A DNA stretch of 64,000 bases from an uncultured Acidobacteriota bacterium (lineage in GTDB: Bacteria; Acidobacteriota; Thermoanaerobaculia; UBA5066; Gp7-AA6), in contig CAVUAN010000007.1 in NCBI GenBank assembly GCA_963739435.1, positions 25,371-89,370 on the forward strand, in the 5' to 3' direction. This document shows positions 9,391 through 23,885 of the stretch, in pieces. Each line of letters starts with the position of its first letter. Within the stretch, counting starts at the first letter, position 1. Made by a program: the position numbers and the translations under genes. Below the pieces are notes generated by a model. It was not told the DNA's origin. It saw nothing but the letters and a program-made list of their open reading frames with translations, and did not search any database.

Positions 9391-9419
9391 ATTTCAAGAC
9401 TTTGCCGGTCTCTTGTCAA
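9391..9419 (-). promoter_or_regulatory. Sigma70-type promoter candidate for fdnG
   Basis: On the minus strand: TTGACA (9419-9414), a 17-nt spacer, then TGAAAT (9396-9391). The -10 element ends about 50 nt upstream of the fdnG start. Confidence 0.5.
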
Positions 9420-9420
9420 G

Positions 9421-9447
9421 CTGAATCGAGATCTCGGTGCGATTCAG
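9421..9447 (-). terminator. Hairpin at the fdhD stop (CTGAATCG N11 CGATTCAG)
   Basis: Perfect 8-bp inverted repeat overlapping the fdhD TGA. There is no U-tract, so terminator function is uncertain. Confidence 0.35.
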
Positions 9448-10398
9448 TGCGAGACGATGCGCTGGGGGTGAGAGTAAACATTGAAGCGTTGGCCGCGCAG
9501 GAAGCCGACCAGCGTAAGACCCGCCGCTTCAGCGAGTTCCACCGCCAGGCTGGAGGGCGCGGACACGGAAGCCAGCAGCGGGATCCCGGCTGCAAAGGCT
9601 TTCTGAGCGATCTCGAATCCGGCCCTTCCGGAGACCAGGAGGATCGATTCGGAAAGAGGCAGCGTCGATGCGAGCCAGCAGGAGCCGACGAGCTTGTCCG
9701 TGGCATTGTGCCGGCCGATGTCCTCGCGAACAGCGCGCAGCTCGCCCTCCGACGTGAAGAGCGCGGCGGCGTGCAGGCCTCCCGTCTGCGCGAAGACCGA
9801 TTGCTTCTCGCGCAAGCGATCCGGCAGGCCATAGAGGACCACCGGCGCGACCCGGAGCTTCGCGGCGAGCGGCTCGGCGCCCTCAGGCAGAACGGTCTCG
9901 ATCGAGGTCTTGCCGCAGACGCCGCAGGCCGAGCCCATGACGGTCCCGCGCGTCAGGCGGCCGGCCCGCGCCAGGGCCTCCGGCGAAAGGGTCGCGATCA
10001 TGACATTGGCGCGCAGGTCGGCTGAGACGCGGGGGTCCGAGGGACGGTCGAGCGCCTTGAGGTCGGAGCGCTCGGCCAGGACCCCCTCGGCGAAAAGAAG
10101 CCCGGCGGCGAGCTCCTCGTCGTTGCCCGGGGTCCGCATCGTCGTGACGAAGCGGACGGCCGGCGCGTGTTCCTCTCCACGGAGCCGGATCTCGAGGGGC
10201 TCCTCGACGGCCAGAGCGTCGGAGCGCTCAGCCTCGGAGTCGCCCTCTCGGGCGCGGACTCGAACCCGCTGGATCGGCTCCACGGCGCGGATGCTAGCAG
10301 GCCTTTTCGGCTTCCCGGGGGTTCGGAGGCACCGATGCAAATGCACCACCTCCTGGCGGAAGGCCGGACGTAGAGTTGGCTCCATTGCGGAGGTCGCC

Positions 10399-10400
<2 letters not shown>
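9444..10400 (-). CDS. fdhD: Formate dehydrogenase sulfurtransferase/accessory protein FdhD
   Basis: FdhD motifs SACGVCG and EDIGRHNA. The start is taken at ATG 10400, with ATG 10385 as an alternative. The ORF-track start at 10481 is probably too far upstream. Confidence 0.85.
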
Positions 10401-12324
<1,924 letters not shown>

Positions 12325-12349
12325 GGGCGGCGAGGCGCCGGAAGGAAAA

Positions 12350-12387
12350 CGACCCGGGCGGGGCCCAAAGAGCCCCATCCCGGGTCG
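12350..12387. terminator. Hairpin between convergent genes (CGACCCGGG N20 CCCGGGTCG)
   Basis: 9-bp perfect stem with an inner GGGGC/GCCCC pairing, located between the acyl-CoA synthetase stop (12324) and the porin stop (12407). Confidence 0.5.
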
Positions 12388-12406
12388 CGAGAAAGCGCCG
12401 TGTTGT

Positions 12407-13684
12407 TTAGAAGTTGAAGAGTGTCGAGAACGCCAGCTGGGTGCCCTTCGTCAAGGTCTTGACTGCGGCTCCGGTCGTCAGCTGCGAGTTCATGTATTCG
12501 AAGCCGAGCGCGTAGGGTCCAATCCTCCAGCGCAACATCCCCGCGTACATGATGTTCTTGTCGCGCGCCGCAGCGCCGAGCGCCTTGATGTCGTTGTCCT
12601 TCGGATTGTCTTCGCCCGCGAAGCCGAAGACGCTCCAGTTGGGCGTCAGGTCGACACCGACCTGGAACCAGCCGCCCTGGCTGGCAATCCTGTCCCGTCG
12701 CGCGGCCGTGCAGGTCGTGCCCACGCCGACACTTGGACAGCCGTTCTGGAACTGTGTGATCGCTCCGAAATTCTGGCCGATCGAGTGGCCGGAGTAGTAG
12801 TTGCCCTGAACCAGGAGCCTGTCCCAGTTGACCCTTGTGCCCACCTCCCAAGCCGTGCCGTTCACCTTGTCGTGGGCAGCCGTGGCGTTGGCGAGGGAGA
12901 GGTCCTTGGAATCGTAGTGCCCGACGGCGTAGGCAGTCCAGGTTCCCTTGTCCATCTTGCCGCCGACATTGAAGCGCAACTCGTACTGCGGGGCGGTTGC
13001 GTTGCCGGGCGTCGTGTTGTCGACGGAGGAACCGGGGGTGTTCCACTCGTTCTGCATCACCGCGAGTCTCAGATCCATGTTGATCGACGAGTCCTTGGAG
13101 GTCAGCACCTGGGTCAGGAAGATGCCCGGGAACCGCCAGCCCACGTCTCCGGCCGAGCCGTAGCCGAGGGGGAAGGCGATGTGGGAGAGCGAGACGGCCG
13201 TGGTGCCGAAGAGGTCCGACCAATCCTGGCCGATCCGGATCGTGGTGCTCCCATTGGTGATGTCGGCGAAGGCAAGACGCAGCCGCGGAACCGGCTGCTG
13301 TCCGGCGAATGCACCGGCAGTGGCCACGGCGCCGGCGCCTCCGGTGACGTTGAAGCCGCCGAAGAAATCGATCTCGAGAGTGCCGCCGACCCTCCAGTCG
13401 CTGCCGACCTTCGGCCCGTCGAAGACCATGGTCAGCCGCGTATTGCGGACGTCGCCGCCGCCGAACCAGCGGTCTGTCGTGAACTGAGGCGTCGCCGGAT
13501 ATTCGGCGTTCTGCCCGTTGCCGAAGTTGAATTGCTGATCCTGGGCGAACATTGTGGCGCTGATGAATCCCTTGATTGTCAGGGTTGACTTGCCTCCGAG
13601 CTGGATCGTCGTCTGGGCCGAAGCGACGGTCGCAAAGAGGACCGCGCAGGCCGCGACGACTGAAAAGCGAATCCTGGACGTCAT
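12407..13684 (-). CDS. Outer-membrane porin (beta-barrel)
   Basis: Signal peptide MTSRIRFSVVAACAVLFATVASA, alternating beta-strand pattern, and a C-terminal aromatic residue (...STLFNF). SD AAGGAG precedes ATG 13684. Confidence 0.75.
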   Translation of the reverse strand: MTSRIRFSVVAACAVLFATVASAQTTIQLGGKSTLTIKGFISATMFAQDQQFNFGNGQNAEYPATPQFTTDRWFGGGDVRNTRLTMVFDGPKVGSDWRVGGTLEIDFFGGFNVTGGAGAVATAGAFAGQQPVPRLRLAFADITNGSTTIRIGQDWSDLFGTTAVSLSHIAFPLGYGSAGDVGWRFPGIFLTQVLTSKDSSINMDLRLAVMQNEWNTPGSSVDNTTPGNATAPQYELRFNVGGKMDKGTWTAYAVGHYDSKDLSLANATAAHDKVNGTAWEVGTRVNWDRLLVQGNYYSGHSIGQNFGAITQFQNGCPSVGVGTTCTAARRDRIASQGGWFQVGVDLTPNWSVFGFAGEDNPKDNDIKALGAAARDKNIMYAGMLRWRIGPYALGFEYMNSQLTTGAAVKTLTKGTQLAFSTLFNF

Positions 13685-13849
13685 CGAGAGCTCCTTTCTC
13701 CCCTCAGGGAAAACTGAATCCGATCTGGGCCTGCGCCGGCGTCGGCCGGCGATTGTCCCTGAACTCATGGCGGCTGGCGTCCCCCCGGCCGCCCCGGCTT
13801 GCTCTGGCCATTCACTGAATTCTAACCCCCATGCTCCGTTTCGGACCGC

Positions 13850-14701
13850 TCATTTGATCGAGCCGACGGTGAAGCCGGCGATGAAGCGGTCGAGAAAGAG
13901 GTTGTAGAGGACGCCGATCGGCAGGCTCGCGATCAGGCACGCCGCCATGAGGGCGCCCCAGTAGTACACGTCGCCGCGCACGAGGAAGATCGGGATACCC
14001 ACGCCCACCATCTGGTTGGATTCGGGCGAGATGAAAGTCAGGGCGTAGACGAACTCCTGGGTCACGAGCGTGAAGCTGAAGATGACGACCGTCAGGATTC
14101 CGGACACCGAGATCGGGACGACCATCTTGAGGAAGGCGCCGAAGCGCGTCAGGCCGTCCACCATGGCGGCGTCCTCGAGCTCCTTCGGGATGGACTTGAA
14201 GAAGCCCATCAGCAGCCAGATCGAGAACGGGATCGTCATGCTCGGGTAGACGAGCACGACGGAGAAGATCGAGTCCTGCAGGCCCAGGATCGCGACGACG
14301 CGCGAGAGCGGGATGAAGAGCAGCGTCGGCGGGATCAGGTAGGTCAGGAAGATGGCGATCCCGAGCCGCTCGCCCCAGCGGCCCGCCAGGCGGGCGAGCG
14401 AGTAGGCGGCGGGGACGGCGAAGAGCAGCGTGATGCCGACGACGAGGACGCCCACGAGAGCCGTGTTGCCCAGCCACCGCACGAAGCGGGTCTCCGGGAA
14501 CAGAAAGCGCACGTGCTCGAGAGTCGGCGGGAGGTTGAAGAGGAACGGGTTGTTCTCGACGGTGTAGAGATCGAGGTTCTGCTTGAACGCGGCGATCACC
14601 ATCCAGAAGAAGGGGAAGGCCAGCAGCCCGGTGAAGAACACCAGCACCGAAACGTGAAGGGCCCTGGCGCCGGCGCTGCGAAGGCCTCCCTCCGCCGTCA
14701 C
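13850..14701 (-). CDS. ABC transporter permease (MalG/UgpE-like)
   Basis: The GTG start overlaps the upstream stop. EAA-loop region IPKELEDAAMVDGLTRFGAF. Intact. Confidence 0.8.
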   Translation of the reverse strand: MTAEGGLRSAGARALHVSVLVFFTGLLAFPFFWMVIAAFKQNLDLYTVENNPFLFNLPPTLEHVRFLFPETRFVRWLGNTALVGVLVVGITLLFAVPAAYSLARLAGRWGERLGIAIFLTYLIPPTLLFIPLSRVVAILGLQDSIFSVVLVYPSMTIPFSIWLLMGFFKSIPKELEDAAMVDGLTRFGAFLKMVVPISVSGILTVVIFSFTLVTQEFVYALTFISPESNQMVGVGIPIFLVRGDVYYWGALMAACLIASLPIGVLYNLFLDRFIAGFTVGSIK

Positions 14702-15613
14702 ACGACCTCCGTTCGGTGCGCGACGCGCAGCATCAGGTAGGCGACCAGGACGAGGACCGGCACCAGGAAGAGCGAGATCGCGGCGCCAGCGGCCAGATCG
14801 CTGCCGGCGATTCCCGTGGCGAAGGCGAGGGAGGGCAGCGTCTGCGTGGAGTCGAACGGCCCGCCGGCGGTCAGGATGTAGACCACGGTCATGTCGGTGA
14901 ACGTGAAGATGATGCCGAAGAGGACGGCCACCGAGAGGATGGGCGTCATCATCGGAATGTTGATCTGGAAGAGGGTGCGCCAGAAGCCCGCGCCGTCGAT
15001 CGCGGCGGCCTCCGGGATCTCCTTGGGGATGGCGGAGCGTCCCGCCAGCATGATCACGGTCGAAAAGGGAATCAGGCGCCAGCAGTGGACGAGGACGACG
15101 GAGGCCATGGCGAGATGCGGCTCTCCGAGCCACATCGGCGCGCTGTACGGCTTGTAGACGATGCAGGGCGACGAGGACCCACGTGATCACGCTGTAGATG
15201 GAGTCGAGGATCCATTTCCAGCCGATCGTTCCGAGGGAGACCGGGGCCACCCAGGGCAGAAGAATCAGGAACCGGACGAAGCCGCGGCCGCGGAAAGGCT
15301 TCTCCAGGGCGATGGCGAGGATGTTGGAGCAGACGATCACGATCACCTGGGCGCAGAGGGTGAACACGATGGAATTCCGGAGCGCCTTTTTGAAACTGGG
15401 GCTCTGCAGGATGCTCCGGAAATTCTCGAGCCCGACGAAATGAAACCCCGTGCTGCCGATGCGCGCGTCGCTGAAGGCGTAGAGGATCGCCAGAGCGAAC
15501 GGAACCCCGATCAGGAGCACGATGTAGAGAATCGAGGGCGCGAACATGGCGGCCGCCAGCACCGGGCTCTGAGCGCCTCCGATCGATTTCGCCTTCGTGC
15601 GATTCACTGCCAT
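14698..15613 (-). CDS. ABC transporter permease (MalF/UgpA-like), 1 frameshift as assembled
   Basis: The N-terminal piece is in ORF 13850-15613 and the C-terminal piece in ORF 14698-15135 ([21 protein letters not shown]). The shift is near 15160. Confidence 0.75.
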
Positions 15614-16694
15614 AGGTCGGGGCGCGGCCGGGTGCGTTTTTGCGTCTCTCGGTCGAAGAATTTCAGCTGCCTCTCGGAGACCGCGAACGCGTGCAGGCTT
15701 CCGATCTCGTACTTGCCGACGTGGCTGGCAGACATGCGCGAGACGGCCTTCTTTCCATCGGAGCGCCCTCCCTCCAGGGTCCCGTAGACGAGCCGTTCCG
15801 CGCCCAGGTACTCCTGGTGGCTGACCCGGAGGCTCAGCGAGACGAACGGTCCCTCCCGGTCGGTGACGCGGATCTCCTCCGGAATGGCCGCCCGGCCTGC
15901 CAGCATCGTGACCGGGAAGAAGTGCTCCGGGCGGAAGCCCACGATCACGTCTCCCTGCTCGACCAGGTTCATGGGAGGCGACCCGAGAAAGGTCGCGACG
16001 AACGTGTCGGCCGGATCGTCGTAGACCTCGGCGGCCGATCCGATCTGGCGGACCTCGCCGAAGTTCATCACGACGATCCGGTCTCCCATCGCCATCGCCT
16101 CGACCTGGTCATGCGTCACGTAGATCGTGGTCGTGCCGACGCTCTCGTGAAACCGCTCGAGCTCCTCCCGCGCCGACGCTCGCAACTTGGCGTCGAGGTT
16201 CGAGAGCGGCTCGTCCAGCAGGAACACGGCGGGCTCGCGCACGATGGCGCGCGCCAGCGCCACGCGCTGCCGCTCGCCGCCGGAGAGCTCGCGCGGCTTG
16301 CGGTCGAGCAGCTTGCCGATCGCAGAGCAGTCCAGCCGCCCATTCCACCTTCTTGCGGTGCTGGTCTTTCGGGACGTTCTGCGCCTTCAGCGGAAAGGCG
16401 ATGTTCTTGTAAACCGAGAGATGGGGATAGAGCGCGTAGCTCTGGAAGACCATGGCGATGCGGCGTTCGCGCGGGGGACATCCGATTGACCACCTGTCCG
16501 CCGATGAGGATGTCTCCCGAAGTGGGTGTTTCCAGGCCGGCGATCATGCGCAGGAGTGTGGTCTTCCCGGAGCCCGAGGGCCCCAGGAAGACCAGGAATT
16601 CGCCCTCCTCAGTGACCAGGCTGACGTCGTTGACTGCCCCGAGCTCTCCTTCTTTGAAAACCTTCGTCAGGTTCCGGGTTTCGACGACGGCCAT
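15604..16694 (-). pseudogene. ABC transporter ATPase (MalK/UgpC-like), at least 2 frameshifts as assembled
   Basis: Walker A GPSGSGKTT, Q-loop [14 protein letters not shown], signature LSGGERQR and Walker [12 protein letters not shown] lie in different frames. Shifts are near 16460 and 16320. Confidence 0.8.
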
Positions 16695-16704
16695 TGTCCC
16701 CGCG

Positions 16705-18039
16705 CTACTTCCATCGGGCGAAGATGCGCTTGTACTCGGCTTCCGCCGCCTTCGCGGCGTCTTCGGCGGTCTGATCTCCTCGCGCGACGGTGGCAAACAT
16801 CGTCGGGATGAGCCACGTGCTGAATGCTTCGGCGATGCCCGCCGACGCGTAGCCCGGGTAGCCGACGTTGGTCGCCCAATCGAGCACGTTGCCCAGCACC
16901 TTGTACTTGTCCGGCGGGGTTGCCCTGGGATCGTTCGCGATCTGCTTCTGGAGGTCCGGTACCGTCGAGGGGAAGCAGGGGAAGTTGTAGAACTGTCCGG
17001 CGGCAAAACCTTCCTGGAAGTGGTCCATGAAGTCGATCAGGAACTTCTGCGCGCCTTCCTTGTTCTCGGCGAACTCCCAGATGACGTGGCAGTTCATGAC
17101 GTGCTCGGCCGCGATCCGCCGCACGGGGCCCTTGAGCGCCTGGCTGATCATGATCTTGCTGTCGATGGGCATCTTCTCCCGTTCGGATTGGCGCGTGACG
17201 GAGATGGCGTTGGCCACATAGCTGACCCGTCCGGCGAGCATGGCCTGGTTGTTCGAGGGCGGAGTCCAGGTGAAAACCTCGGCCGTCTCCGTCTGCGATA
17301 GAGCTCCTTCATGTACTTCAGGGCTTCGATGGTCTGCTTGGAATTGATGGTCACGTTGCCTTCGACATCCTGCTCGGCGCCGCCAAAGGACCACAGGAGG
17401 GCGCGCAGGGCCATGCTGCTGTCGAGCTCCTGCGAGAGTCCGAGCCCGCACGGGTGGCCGGTTGCGTCCCGGATCTTCTTGGCGCCCTTGAGCAGGTCAT
17501 CGTAGGTGTCGGGCCCGTTGGGGAATCCCGCGTCGGTCCACCAATCCTTGTGCCAGTTGCCGGGATCGGGCGTGTAGGCGTCCGAGAAGGCGAAGTACTT
17601 CTTCGTCTTCGGGTTGTACGTGGACTTGTGCGCCAGTTCGATCTTCTTGCCGTGCTTCTTCTCCACCTCCTGGTACACGTGTGTCATGTCGATCGACCTG
17701 GCGCTCGTAGGCCGCCGGCGGGGACAGGAACATGAAGAGGTCATGTCCCTTCTTTGCCGAGACCTCGGAGGCGGCCCGGGCGGGCAGATCCACGAGGTTG
17801 ATGTTGTCCACGATCACTTCGGTGTCGTTCTTCTGGCCCCATTCCTTGGTGTAGGTGCCGTTGAACCATGTGTCCCAGGCCGGGACGAAGTGGCTCCACT
17901 GGATGATCTTCAGCGTCCTGCCCGCGGCCCTGGCCCGCTCTGGAAAGAGAAATGCCGGGCCGCCCGCGACGAGGGCGCTCGCACCCGCGAGCTTCGCCAG
18001 TTTCCGGCGGGTCAGCCCGCGATCACGCTTTTTCGACAT
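16705..18039 (-). pseudogene. Extracellular solute-binding protein (family 1, sugar-type), 2 frameshifts as assembled
   Basis: Tat-like signal MSKKRDRGLTRRKLAKLAGASALVAGG. Three ORF pieces (17497-18039, 17148-17744, 16705-17451) join into one protein, with shifts near 17700 and 17300. Confidence 0.75.
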
Positions 18040-18065
18040 AGGTCACCTCCAATGTGTCTTATCGC

Positions 18066-19664
18066 TTATCGAATGTCCGTGTCCTTGGTTTCCCGGATGA
18101 AGAGCGAGCCGATGACGAAGCTCATGACCGCCACGATGATCGGATACCAGAGGCCGGCGTAGATGTTGCCCCTGCTGGCCACGATCGCTGTCGCAAGCAG
18201 CGGCAGCATGCCGCCGAACCAGCCGTTGCCTATGTGGTACGGCAGCGACATCGAGGTGTAGCGGATCCGAGTGGGGAAGAGCTCGACAAGGAAAGCGGCG
18301 ATCGGGCCGTAGACCATCGTCACGTAGATGACGAGGATGACGAGGATCAGGATCGTCATCCCCCAGTTCAGGCCGTTCTTGTCGAAGGTCGCGGGATAGC
18401 CGCCCGTCTTCAGCGCCTCCTTGTACTTGGCGTCGTCGAAGCCCTTGAGCTCGATGTCGCCGATCTTGGTCACGACCGTCTCTCCCGGCACCGCCGGCAG
18501 GTCCGTGAACGACAGGCCGCTCCTGGTCAGGAAGTCCTTGGCCTTGTCGCAGGGCGAGAACACGGTCTTGGGGGTCGGGAAGATGTGCATCTGGCAGTCG
18601 GAGGCGGCCACGGTGATCGGAGTCCTGGCGGCATAGGCCTCGAGCGCGGGGTTGACGTTGTGCGTGAGCGCCCGGAACAGCGGGAAGTACGTGACCGCGG
18701 CGATGATGCAGCCGAGCATGATGATCCACTTGCGGCCGATCTTGTCCGACAGCTTTCCGAACACGATGAAGAACGGTGTTCCGATGATGAGCGAGATACC
18801 GATCAGGTAATAGGCCGTCAGGTAGTCGACCTTGAGATAGAGCGTCAGGAAGAAGAGAGCGTAGAACTGGCCCGTGTACCACACGACGCCCTGGCCGGCC
18901 GTGGCGCCGAAGAGCGCGAGCAGCACGATCTTGGCGTTGGACCACCGGGCGAAGCTCTCGGTCAGCGGAGCCTTCGAGCCCTTGCCCTGCTCCTTCATGG
19001 CCTTGAAGATCGGGGACTCCTGCAGCTTCAGCCGGATGTAGACCGAGAAGGCGAGCAGGATGATCGACATGAGGAAGGGGATCCGCCAGCCCCAGCTCTT
19101 GAAGACTTCCGGGGTCATGTTGACCCGGCACACGCCGATGACGATCAGCGCGAGCAGCAGGCCGAGGGTCGCGGTGGTCTGGATCCAGGACGTGTCGTAG
19201 CCGCGCTTTCCGTGGGGAGCGTGCTCGGCGACATAGGTCGCCGCCCCGCCGTATTCGCCGCCCAGGGCCAGGCCCTGGAGGAGGCGCAGAGCCACGAGGA
19301 GGATCGTCGCCGCAAACCCGATCGAGTTGTAGGTCGGGAGCAGGCCGACGGCCGCCGTCGAGCTGCCCATGACGACGATCGTCACGAGGAAGGTGTACTT
19401 GCGGCCGACGATGTCGCCGATCCGGCCGAACACGAGGGCGCCGAAGGGCCGGACCAGGAAGCCGGCGGCGTACGCGACGAACGAGGAGAGCAGGGCCGCC
19501 GTGGCGTTGCCGGGCGGAAAGAAGAGAGCCGCGAAGAAGGGAGCCAGGGTCGCGTAGAGGTAGAAGTCGTACCACTCGAACACGGTCCCGAGGGAGGAGG
19601 CGAAGATGACGCGCCTGGCCTCCTTGGTTTCGATGGAAGTGAGGGGTGCGGCGACGGAGCTCAT
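18066..19664 (-). CDS. MFS transporter, metabolite:H+ symporter (MHS) family
   Basis: Intact 532-aa ORF with motif GRIGDIVGRK, 12-TM-like hydrophobicity and a large central soluble insert. Confidence 0.8.
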   Translation of the reverse strand: MSSVAAPLTSIETKEARRVIFASSLGTVFEWYDFYLYATLAPFFAALFFPPGNATAALLSSFVAYAAGFLVRPFGALVFGRIGDIVGRKYTFLVTIVVMGSSTAAVGLLPTYNSIGFAATILLVALRLLQGLALGGEYGGAATYVAEHAPHGKRGYDTSWIQTTATLGLLLALIVIGVCRVNMTPEVFKSWGWRIPFLMSIILLAFSVYIRLKLQESPIFKAMKEQGKGSKAPLTESFARWSNAKIVLLALFGATAGQGVVWYTGQFYALFFLTLYLKVDYLTAYYLIGISLIIGTPFFIVFGKLSDKIGRKWIIMLGCIIAAVTYFPLFRALTHNVNPALEAYAARTPITVAASDCQMHIFPTPKTVFSPCDKAKDFLTRSGLSFTDLPAVPGETVVTKIGDIELKGFDDAKYKEALKTGGYPATFDKNGLNWGMTILILVILVIYVTMVYGPIAAFLVELFPTRIRYTSMSLPYHIGNGWFGGMLPLLATAIVASRGNIYAGLWYPIIVAVMSFVIGSLFIRETKDTDIR

Positions 19665-19997
19665 CGGGGGCCTCCCTTCGGGCTCGAGACGGCTATTCTT
19701 CGGGACATCGGGTCTCCTCCTTCGTGTAAGTGAAACAGTGGAACTCGAAAGGCGGGCGAGATGCGGCCGGAAAGCCGGGAAGCGAAGTCTGGTTGAGAGC
19801 TCATTTTTCCTGCCGCGACGTTGCGGGAAGTCTTTTGAAAGTCCGGAGGCATGTCAAGGGGATTTCGCACCCGTCCGGCAGCAATCTGATGCAGACGCAC
19901 CATTGACAGGCCTCCGGGTCCAGACGCCTCTTGACAATCTCCGGGACTTCTCAAACGCTACGGGCACGTCGATCAAAAGAGAGGGAGAGAGCACCCC

Positions 19998-21969
<1,972 letters not shown>

Positions 21970-22005
21970 CCCGGGCCTGACGGACGCGCTACAATCGCCG
22001 TTACA

Positions 22006-23184
22006 GTGACGGCATTCGAGGGTGTTCTAGACGGCCGAACGGTCGGCCGGCTGGATCGCTGGCGAAAGACTCGCTCGCTCTTCTTGCGGGCCGACACTCC
22101 CGAGGCGGAGCGTGCGCTCTCGGACGCCATGGAAGGGCGCTGGACCCGCGCCCAGATCTACGGCCGGGCGCGGCGGATCCTGATCGAGCGGGCCGCGCCG
22201 ATGCTGGCGGATCTCGAGCTCCGGCTCGGCGAGAACGCCGCTCACGTGCGCGTGGCTCCGGAGGACCAGGGGCAGACCAAGTGGGACGCGATCGGCAACC
22301 TGATGCCTCTGCCGATTGCCTGCCGCCAGATTCGGTGCCTCTGGCTGGTGGACGTCCTTCACGAGGGCCAGCTCTACGTCGAGTTCCAGCCGATCTTCGA
22401 CCTGCGCTCGGGTGAGGCGCTGGGCTACGAGGGCCTCCTGCGGGGCCGCTCTCCCGACGGCACACCGCACCTGGCCGAGGCGCTCTTCCCGGCAGCCCAC
22501 GTGCTCGGCATCGAAGAAGCCTTCGAGCGCGTGTCGTGGGCCCAGGTCCTGGAGGCCGGGCGGCGCCTTCCCGAGGATTCGTTGCTGTTCCTGAACGTCA
22601 ACCCGATGCTGCTCGTCGGAGCCGACAGCAGCCTGGCTGGCCTCGGCCGCGAGGCCGAGCGCATGGAGTTTCCCTACGCCCGGCTCGCCCTCGATCTGAT
22701 CGAGGTCGAGCGCGTCGAATCGCTCGAGCGGCTGTCGTCTGCCCTCGACGTTCCCCACGACCTCGGCGTCGCGATCGCCTTGGACGACGTCAAGTCTTCC
22801 TACGGGCTGCTCAAGTACTGCGCGGGGTTGACCCCGCGGTGGGTCAAGGTGGACAGCGAGATCACGCGCGGCATCGCGCGAGATCCGCAGCGGCGCGCGA
22901 TCCTGCAGCTGCTCTCGCAGGTCACGCGCGGCGCCCGCGCGGGCCTGATCGCCGAAGGGATCGAATCGGGCGAGGACCTCGACGTGTGCATGGAAGAAGG
23001 CGTGTTCGCGGCGCAGGGGTACTTCCTCGCCCGGCCGAACGAGAAGCCGGCAGAGGCTTCGCCGGAATTCCGCGCATGGCTCGACTCCCGCGGCGGGCGT
23101 GTCCTGCCGTTCGAGTCGGCGGGAACCGCCGCGCGGAGAGCGGATCCAGGGAGCGCCGAAGCCAAACGCGACTTTGAGCTCTGA
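22006..23184 (+). CDS. EAL-domain protein (putative c-di-GMP phosphodiesterase) with unknown N-terminal region
   Basis: EAL-type segments QPIFDL, YEGLLRG, FLNVNP, ALDDV, KVD, AEGIE and QGY. There is no GGDEF domain. Confidence 0.75.
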   Translation: MTAFEGVLDGRTVGRLDRWRKTRSLFLRADTPEAERALSDAMEGRWTRAQIYGRARRILIERAAPMLADLELRLGENAAHVRVAPEDQGQTKWDAIGNLMPLPIACRQIRCLWLVDVLHEGQLYVEFQPIFDLRSGEALGYEGLLRGRSPDGTPHLAEALFPAAHVLGIEEAFERVSWAQVLEAGRRLPEDSLLFLNVNPMLLVGADSSLAGLGREAERMEFPYARLALDLIEVERVESLERLSSALDVPHDLGVAIALDDVKSSYGLLKYCAGLTPRWVKVDSEITRGIARDPQRRAILQLLSQVTRGARAGLIAEGIESGEDLDVCMEEGVFAAQGYFLARPNEKPAEASPEFRAWLDSRGGRVLPFESAGTAARRADPGSAEAKRDFEL

Positions 23185-23210
23185 CGACGCGGGTCTGAGA
23201 CGCTGTTCGG

Positions 23211-23573
23211 CTGGACGTCTGGCTCGATGTCGCCTGTGTCTACCCGACCCGAAGCCAGGCGAAGGCGGCGTGCGAGGGCGGCAAGGTCGACGTGAACGGC
23301 GCGCGCGCGAAGCCGCACCGGGAGGTCCGCGTCGGCGACCGGTTGACCGTCAGCCGCGCCGAGGGCGTGCGGCGCGAGCTCGTCGTCCTGGGACTGGCGG
23401 AGCGGTCGATACGGAAGGCCGATGCCCGGAAGCTCTACGAGGACGTCACGCCCGCACCGCCGCCCGAGGTCGCCGAGGCACGCCGTCTCGACCGCCTTCT
23501 CGCCCCCAAGGGCGACGCGGGGCGCCCCGACAAGCGCGAGCGCCGCGAGCGCCGCAAGCTGAAGGGGTGGTAG
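23211..23573 (+). CDS. S4-domain RNA-binding protein (Hsp15/HslR-like); start uncertain
   Basis: The S4 motif RLDVWLDVACVYPTRSQAKAACEGGKVDVNG...VRVGDRLTV begins just after a TGA at 23196. No ATG, GTG or TTG occurs before 23292, so CTG 23211 is provisional. A frameshift at the 5' end is possible. Confidence 0.55.
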   Translation: MDVWLDVACVYPTRSQAKAACEGGKVDVNGARAKPHREVRVGDRLTVSRAEGVRRELVVLGLAERSIRKADARKLYEDVTPAPPPEVAEARRLDRLLAPKGDAGRPDKRERRERRKLKGW

Positions 23574-23590
23574 CAGGGTAAACTTCCCCG

Positions 23591-23881
23591 GTGGACTTCG
23601 AGCTGCTCTGTCCCTGTTGCGGTGCCCGACTCAAGATCGACCCGGATCTCAAGGCCGTCATCGATCACGAGGCGCCGAAGGTGCCTCGCAAGTTCGAGTC
23701 GGTCGACCAGGCGATTGGCGCGCTCAAGAGCCACGACGTCGAGCGCGAGAAGAAGTTCACCGCCTCGGTCGAGGCCGAGAAGACGAAAAAAGACGTCCTG
23801 AATAAGAAGTTCGACGAGCTCTTCCAGAAGGCGAAGGCCGAACCGAACACCAAGCCCGTTCGAGACATCGACCTGGACTAG
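23591..23881 (+). CDS. Small hypothetical protein with N-terminal CPCC Cys cluster
   Basis: 96 aa with a GTG start. Sequence starts MDFELLCPCCGARLKIDPDLK, followed by a Lys/Glu-rich helical tail. Confidence 0.5.
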   Translation: MDFELLCPCCGARLKIDPDLKAVIDHEAPKVPRKFESVDQAIGALKSHDVEREKKFTASVEAEKTKKDVLNKKFDELFQKAKAEPNTKPVRDIDLD

Positions 23882-23885
23882 TTTC

